Source: Chrysomallon squamiferum (lineage: Eukaryota > Animalia > Mollusca). Taken from it: a DNA stretch of 64,000 bases. The position numbers and the translations under genes were made by a program. Within the stretch, counting starts at the first letter, position 1, and every line of letters begins with the position of its first letter. Positions 58,055 to 64,000 of this stretch are shown piece after piece. The stretch spans positions 7,130,001 through 7,194,000 of the forward strand of contig CM022676.1 in assembly GCA_012295275.1 (NCBI GenBank), written 5' to 3'. The notes beneath the pieces are model-generated. The model was given only the letters and a program-made list of their open reading frames with translations. It ran no database searches and was not told the origin of the DNA.

Positions 58055-58805
58055 TCTCTGACAGAATGACACATACCTTATGATTTTATAGCAATGATGT
58101 AAGAAATATGTTTGGGCCATTTCAAAATATATTAAATATGAATCATCTTGGGGCAGGACAGAACAGCACATACCCACTAATTTTATATAATAGTTCTTGA
58201 GCAACAGTTTAATATGGAACTTTACAAACAGAATTTGGATTAATGATTCTGGTTTAATTTGGAAGTGGACAGAATGACATATTCTCTTTGATTTTGTTTC
58301 CATGTTCTCAAAAATATGTTGAGCATTAACACTAAAGATGTCAAACAGAACAGCACATACCCACTAATTTTATATAACAGTTTTTAACTAGTAGTTTAAT
58401 TTGGAATTGTACCATGGTTATTATGGTCAGAATAACATACATCTTTTGATTTCATATCCAAGTTCTCAAAAATGTAGTCACTATGAATGATAAAGGGGTG
58501 ACAGGATAGAATTTTATGTAACAGTTTTTGAGCAATTGTTTAATATGGAAACATGTAAAGATTCTAACAGATAGAACAGCATATAGCCTGTATTTTATAA
58601 TCCATGTTCTGAAAAAAATATTGAGTATAGGGAACAACACTGAGCAGCACATACCAACTAATTTTATATAACAGTTTAATTTGGAAGCATACCAAGTTAC
58701 TTATGGACAGAACAGCATTATACTCTTTGATTTAATATCCATGTTCTCCAATAAGGTACAGAGTATAGAGGGTAACACAGAACAGCACATTCCACTCATT
58801 TTACA
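58055..58805 (-). repeat. Degenerate alternating (A/B) tandem array resembling the SINE central domain
   Basis: ACAGAACAGCACATACCCACTAATTTTATATAACAG units at ~58160, 58345, 58640 and 58778 alternate with GACAGAATGACATATTCTCTTTGATTT...CCATGTTCTC units. Confidence 0.75.
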
Positions 58806-59219
58806 TAAACGTTTCCGTGAGAAGTACAACTGACCCAGAAACTACAGCATTGAGGTTAATGTATAGTGAGGGGTGTAATTGTTTGAGCACAGGAGCTGTT
58901 AGCCTTAATGCACTTTAACCGATACATCCCTGCCCCCTATTTCTTCAGCGGCATCAATTTTCTGTTTGTTCTGAGTATCAGATTAAGTACATGTCCATCA
59001 TCTGATCACTCAGTCTCCAGCTAATGAAATCACAAGTTAAAACTTCCATTGATTATTTTTTTTTTTTTTTTTTGTCTTTTCTCTTTTTAGAAATGGTTTG
59101 TTGTATCAAAGTTTTAATTCTGAGACCCACGTGTCTCAAAGCATTGGTAAAATGTCCATTAGGGTGTGATTACAGATGTGGTTGTAGAAGAAATGTTTGA
59201 TTGCGTTTGTGGATTCTGC

Positions 59220-59940
59220 TCTTAAAGGGAACCTCTTGAGATTTTTACAGCAATGTCAAACACTTGCTTCCTTGAACTAAATAACTGTATATATATAGTT
59301 TATAGTTGTCTGTTAAAGACAGTCACTACATTTTTTTTTTTTTATTGATGCCAAAAACTTACTTTCTTGAAGTAAATGACTGTATTTAGTAGTTTTATTG
59401 TTAAAGAAAGTCACTCTAGTAGATATCTGAAACTAAAATTGACTGTTTTGTTTATGGTTTTGTTCTCAAAGACAGTTACTAGATTTTTAATTGATGTCAA
59501 AAACTTACTTCCTTAAAGCAAATGACTATATTTAGTGGTTTCTATTCTTAAAGACAGTCACTCTAGAGTGTATATTTAGAACTAAAATTGACTGTGTTTC
59601 TATTCTCAAAGACAGTTACTCTCTCTTTTTTATTGATGTCAAAAAACTCTGAACTAAGATTGACTGATTATTTTATAGTTTCTGCTCTTAAAGGAAATCA
59701 TGCAAGATTAACTAATTTTATTTTATGGGGTTTCTGTTCTTAAAGACTTTTACTCCAGTAGATTTCTCAGTGATGTCAAAAACTTATTTCATTGACAGCA
59801 TTTAGTTTATAGTTTCTGTTCTTAAAGGAGTAGTTGAACTTTTTTAGTGGTGTCAAAAACTTACTTGAACTAAATGACTATATTTAGTTTCAGTTCTTAA
59901 AGGCAGTCACTCTAATAGATGTTTCATTTATGTCAAAAGG
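59220..59940. repeat. Degenerate tandem array of TTAAAGACAGTCACT / TGATGTCAAAAACTTACT modules
   Basis: TTAAAG(R) anchor about 10 times at ~65-90 bp spacing; the first copy starts TTAAAGGGA. Confidence 0.8.
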
Positions 59941-60671
59941 TTAGAATTAACATGGATTATTCAACTAGTTTAAGTTTATTTCTATTTCTTAACATTTAAA
60001 AAAAAAATATTCTTTTTTTTATGGGGTTTATTTTACTTTCTAAATTTTATTTTATTTTGTGTGCTGCTGTCATGTAATTTGTTTTCATTTTATTTTTAAA
60101 TTTTATTAATTTTTTTTGTATTTTTTTTTTTTTTAAATTGAGTGAAATGTCGCCGCGACCTCATGCTAAAGTTAAATGTAAATTAAATTTGCATTGTTTG
60201 GACTCTTCGTAACAAAGCTTTCTTCACCAGTAATTGAAATTTAATTTAGTTAAATAAACATTTATTCCTTTCTCCGAGTTCACCCCACAACACAGAACAG
60301 TACAATGACAGAGATTATGACTTTGCACCAAATAATGGTGGATTAAAACTATAAACAAAAAAAAGAAAGGTTAATTTTTATTTTTATTTTGTTGAGATTT
60401 TGTTTTTAAAAGAAAATTTAATAACTACAATAATTATGATATAAATTTAAATTTTTTTTTTTTTATTATTTCTAAACTAAAACCTAAAATGTTGCAATAA
60501 AAATTTATGTTGATATTATTAGTTATTTTAAATTTTTTATTATTACTTTTATTGTTACTTTTCTTCTTTCTTTTTTTATTATTATTATTATTATTAAATA
60601 TTTCATTTCAGTTCATTTTACAATAAAATATTTTTAAACAAATCTTTCTAATAAAATAATAATAATAATAA

Positions 60672-60717
<46 letters not shown>

Positions 60718-60821
60718 TAAATAAATAAATAAATAATAAAAAAATACATATATATATATATTTTTTTTTCTTCTTATGTGATGACTATATTTAGATTGTT
60801 GGCTTCACTGCATCTGTTGCA

Positions 60822-60920
60822 GAAATTCCTGTTCCAATTGGGGTCTCACAATTGGCTTATTAGAGCTATAGCATGTCTGTGAGAAGAAACAAGCAAATAA
60901 AAGAGACCTTACTGTTAAAG
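60822..60920 (+). mobile_element. Decayed SINE core copy
   Basis: TTCCTGTTCCAA..GTCTCACAATTGG...CATGTCTGTGAGAAG...AAAAGAGACCTTACTGTTAA. Confidence 0.45.
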
Positions 60921-61541
60921 ATCACTGAATGATGAAAATCCCTTTGTTCATTTTACATCATCATTATCATTTATTCATTAAAAAAGAAAAACCTGTTGAA
61001 AAAATTAAAAATTTTAAAATAATTTTTTTTCTCTCTATTTCTAATCAAAATAGAAAAACATTTACACAAATATCACTTTTTCTTTATACCAAGATTTCTT
61101 TTAATTCTTTTTTTTTCTTCTTTTATAAATATTTTAAATGTTATTTTCTCTTTTTTTTCTTTTAACCATTTTTTTTTTTTTTTTTGAACTCAGTTACTCC
61201 AACTATTCTGAAATTGCTTGCAATGAATTTATGGCTTGAATTCGGAACACTTTTTTATTTTTTTTTTTTTTTTTTTTTTTTTTGATTTTGATTTTTAAAA
61301 CACCAAGACTACAAATGAATATAAACTACATGAAAAGAGAAAAAAAAAAAAAAAAAAAAAGTAGAAAAAGACTCGCAGGATGTAATTTTGGTGCCTGTTC
61401 GAGATTTTGTTCCGATATTGATAGAGGTTTACGACTTTCAAGACATAAAACATTTGTCTGAGAGAGAAGATTAGAATTTAGTGTTTCCGCACACGTCTCC
61501 TGAAATTAGCAAAATACAGACCTGTCTGATGCCAAATCGGA

Positions 61542-61574
<33 letters not shown>

Positions 61575-62424
61575 AAAAATTTGAATTTTTGTTCTTTCAG
61601 CTTTAATTTGGATTTGAAAAGAGTTATTTTTTTTTTTTGAAGTAATTTTTTAAATTTTAATTCTGTTTAGTTATGTGTATATATATAAAATAATAATAAT
61701 AGTAGTAATAATAATAATAATAATAATAAATTTATCAGTTTAAATTTTTATTTTAAAATTACTGTTATATACAACAAAATCCATTAAAATTTAAACTTCT
61801 AAAGGACAATTTGACATAACCATCTTCAAAAATTTTAAAAAGTTTACATTTTTAATTGATTTTAAATTCCGAAGACATTTTTTTTTTTTTTTTTTAATAT
61901 ATTTTCTTTCAGACATCTAATTTTCATTATTACTATTTTTTTTTTTCATCAAGATTAATCTCTTTCTCATTCTCTTTCCTAGCTCACTTAAAAAAGAGAA
62001 TATATAAACTCTATTCTTTTGTAGTGTGTTTCTTTTTACATTTTTTTCATTTCAAATTCGCTTTTCTAAAATTTTCTTCATTAATTTCTTCTTTCTGTGC
62101 CAGATATTCCCTGACTGAAGCAATTTTTTTCTAGAAAATACTTTTTAACCCTTTGAACTTCTTCTTCATTATGTCCAGTCACTGAGGCTTCTTTCACTTG
62201 TAGAATATTTTCTGTCTGATATTTTCTTTTCATAATTCCTATCATTTAGTTTCAGATTGAATGATTCGAGCTATTAGTTTCACATTCCGGCCGTTGCTCT
62301 TTGACTTGTTAATTGAAGACTGCAGTTTGTCTTTTCCTGTTTGTGTGAAATTATGTAAAAAGAAATTCTTACTGCTGTCTATTGGCTGTTGTTACATAAC
62401 AGTGATTTTGAGGTATTATAGGTT

Positions 62425-62585
62425 TTGATGGTCCGTTTCCCATTCCAACCAGATACTCAGGCTGGTTTATAAAAGGTTATGATATGTGCTTTCCTCTTTA
62501 TGATAAGATATTTATGTATACACACACATGCATGCATGTCTGCTCATACACACACATATAGACTACTTGATAGGATAACTTGAAA
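62425..62585 (+). mobile_element. SINE core copy interrupted by a CA tract
   Basis: TTTCCCATTCCAACCAGATACTCAGGCTGGTTTATAAAAGGTTATGATATGTGCTTTCCT. Confidence 0.6.
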
Positions 62586-62717
62586 TCCTGTTTCCAGTCC
62601 TATATTATCATTTTATAAATTTTTTTTATTTCTAAATACATTTTAGCATATATTTTTGTTTATAAAGACAGACAGACAGATAGATAGACACACACTTTGA
62701 TATACTTTGATATTGAA

Positions 62718-62750
<33 letters not shown>

Positions 62751-63230
62751 AAAAATATATATATCTTTGTATATGTGAGAGCGATAATGTCTTTGATAAA
62801 AAGAAAGAAAGAAAAAGAATGTAAGAGATATGGAAAAAAAAAAAAAATATCTGTTAATCAAATTTCTCTCAGGGTCAAACCAGTTAAACTCTCTGATTAA
62901 AGAGATAAAAAAAATAAAAAAAAATAAAAAAAAATAAAAAAAATCCTGAACATAAAAATTGTGCCTAATGAACAGAACACATATTTATCTAATGGCTACG
63001 TATATAATTACGCCTCATACAATAAACTGGATAATTACCATTAACCGCTTTGTAAGCAATCTCTCCCACTCGCTATTGATGAGAGCGTCTTAAGGGATAA
63101 CCACTCATGTGTTTTAAGAAGGACATTGATCCGAGTCCTGTTGTTATTGTTCCATTAAAGAGCCTCAGTCGTAATTATTACTCATGTCTCGTAATCAATG
63201 AATTGTGGGTAGTTGATGATGTCCGGATAC

Positions 63231-63265
<35 letters not shown>

Positions 63266-63494
63266 TCGGTTAATTTTAAAAATAAAAAATAAAAATTTAT
63301 AAAAACTGTATGAAAGATGTTAATTACTGAGGTTTGTTTAAAAGTCAGAAAAAAGAAAAAGAATTGTATATTGTTCAGTTAAATGTTGTAATTGTGGTTA
63401 TTAGCGGGGTTTTTTTTGTAATCGATGAATTTTGGGTAGATCCGTCTTCTTTAAGAGTGGAATAGATTGTTAGAGGGCATTAAACTCTTCAGCA

Positions 63495-63572
63495 CTTTTG
63501 GTGACTGTCATGATGACTACTATTTGTGTGACTGTTTGTGTGACCACTTTGGTGACTACTTTAGTGACCACA
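63495..63572. repeat. ~12-bp short tandem repeat
   Basis: TTTGGTGACTAC-like unit, ~6 copies. Confidence 0.7.
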
Positions 63573-64000
63573 AAATCTTTGATGTATTTCATTTTATTTT
63601 GATTGGTTTAGTATCGGTAATTGAATTTAAAAAAAAATGTTTTTTATTTTTTTTTTTTTTTTTTATATATATATATATATGTACACACTACCTCTACTAC
63701 TACTACTACTACTACTACTACTATTATATTCATTTTTATTTCAAATTTATTTGATTTTTTCTGAGAATATATATATATATATCTATCTATGTTTCATAAA
63801 AGCACTTGAACCATAATTATTACTGATGATACAGAATCAATAAATTCTTAATTGTGTCCCTTTAAAACCGTCGCAGATTTGATGGAATGAACTAATTAGC
63901 TGGTTTATCAAAAACAAGAAGTTAATTACACACATTACGGGGAAGAAAATTGATTCTCGATGTCTTTTTGCTATTATTTGTTGTTGGGACTGGCGATCAA

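Overview
Eukaryotic (animal) non-coding DNA. It is very AT-rich, dense in microsatellites and homopolymer runs, and has no operons, rRNA, intact tRNA, CRISPR array or recognisable protein-coding ORF. The long ORFs in the supplied track are low-complexity translations of simple repeats or skewed tracts, and none of the shorter ones matches a family I recognise. The window reads as a very large intron or gene desert with four components. (1) About 20 independent local tandem arrays with units of ~12-190 bp. (2) About ten decayed copies of one tRNA-derived SINE; from memory its central domain resembles a mollusc (gastropod) SINE family, so a molluscan origin is inferred but not established. (3) Short CpG-retaining, TAAT-rich islands that look like conserved non-coding elements, carrying about ten RFX X-box-like palindromes and one near-consensus CTCF motif. 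(4) A few candidate splice features on the + strand: a possible first exon at 10364-10375, two possible recursive-splice points and several microexon candidates. The most unusual pattern is that different parts of the same SINE appear to have been amplified into separate tandem arrays (tRNA head at 52.1-53.5 kb, central core at 58.1-58.8 kb). All coordinates and copy numbers were read by eye; repeat boundaries are approximate.
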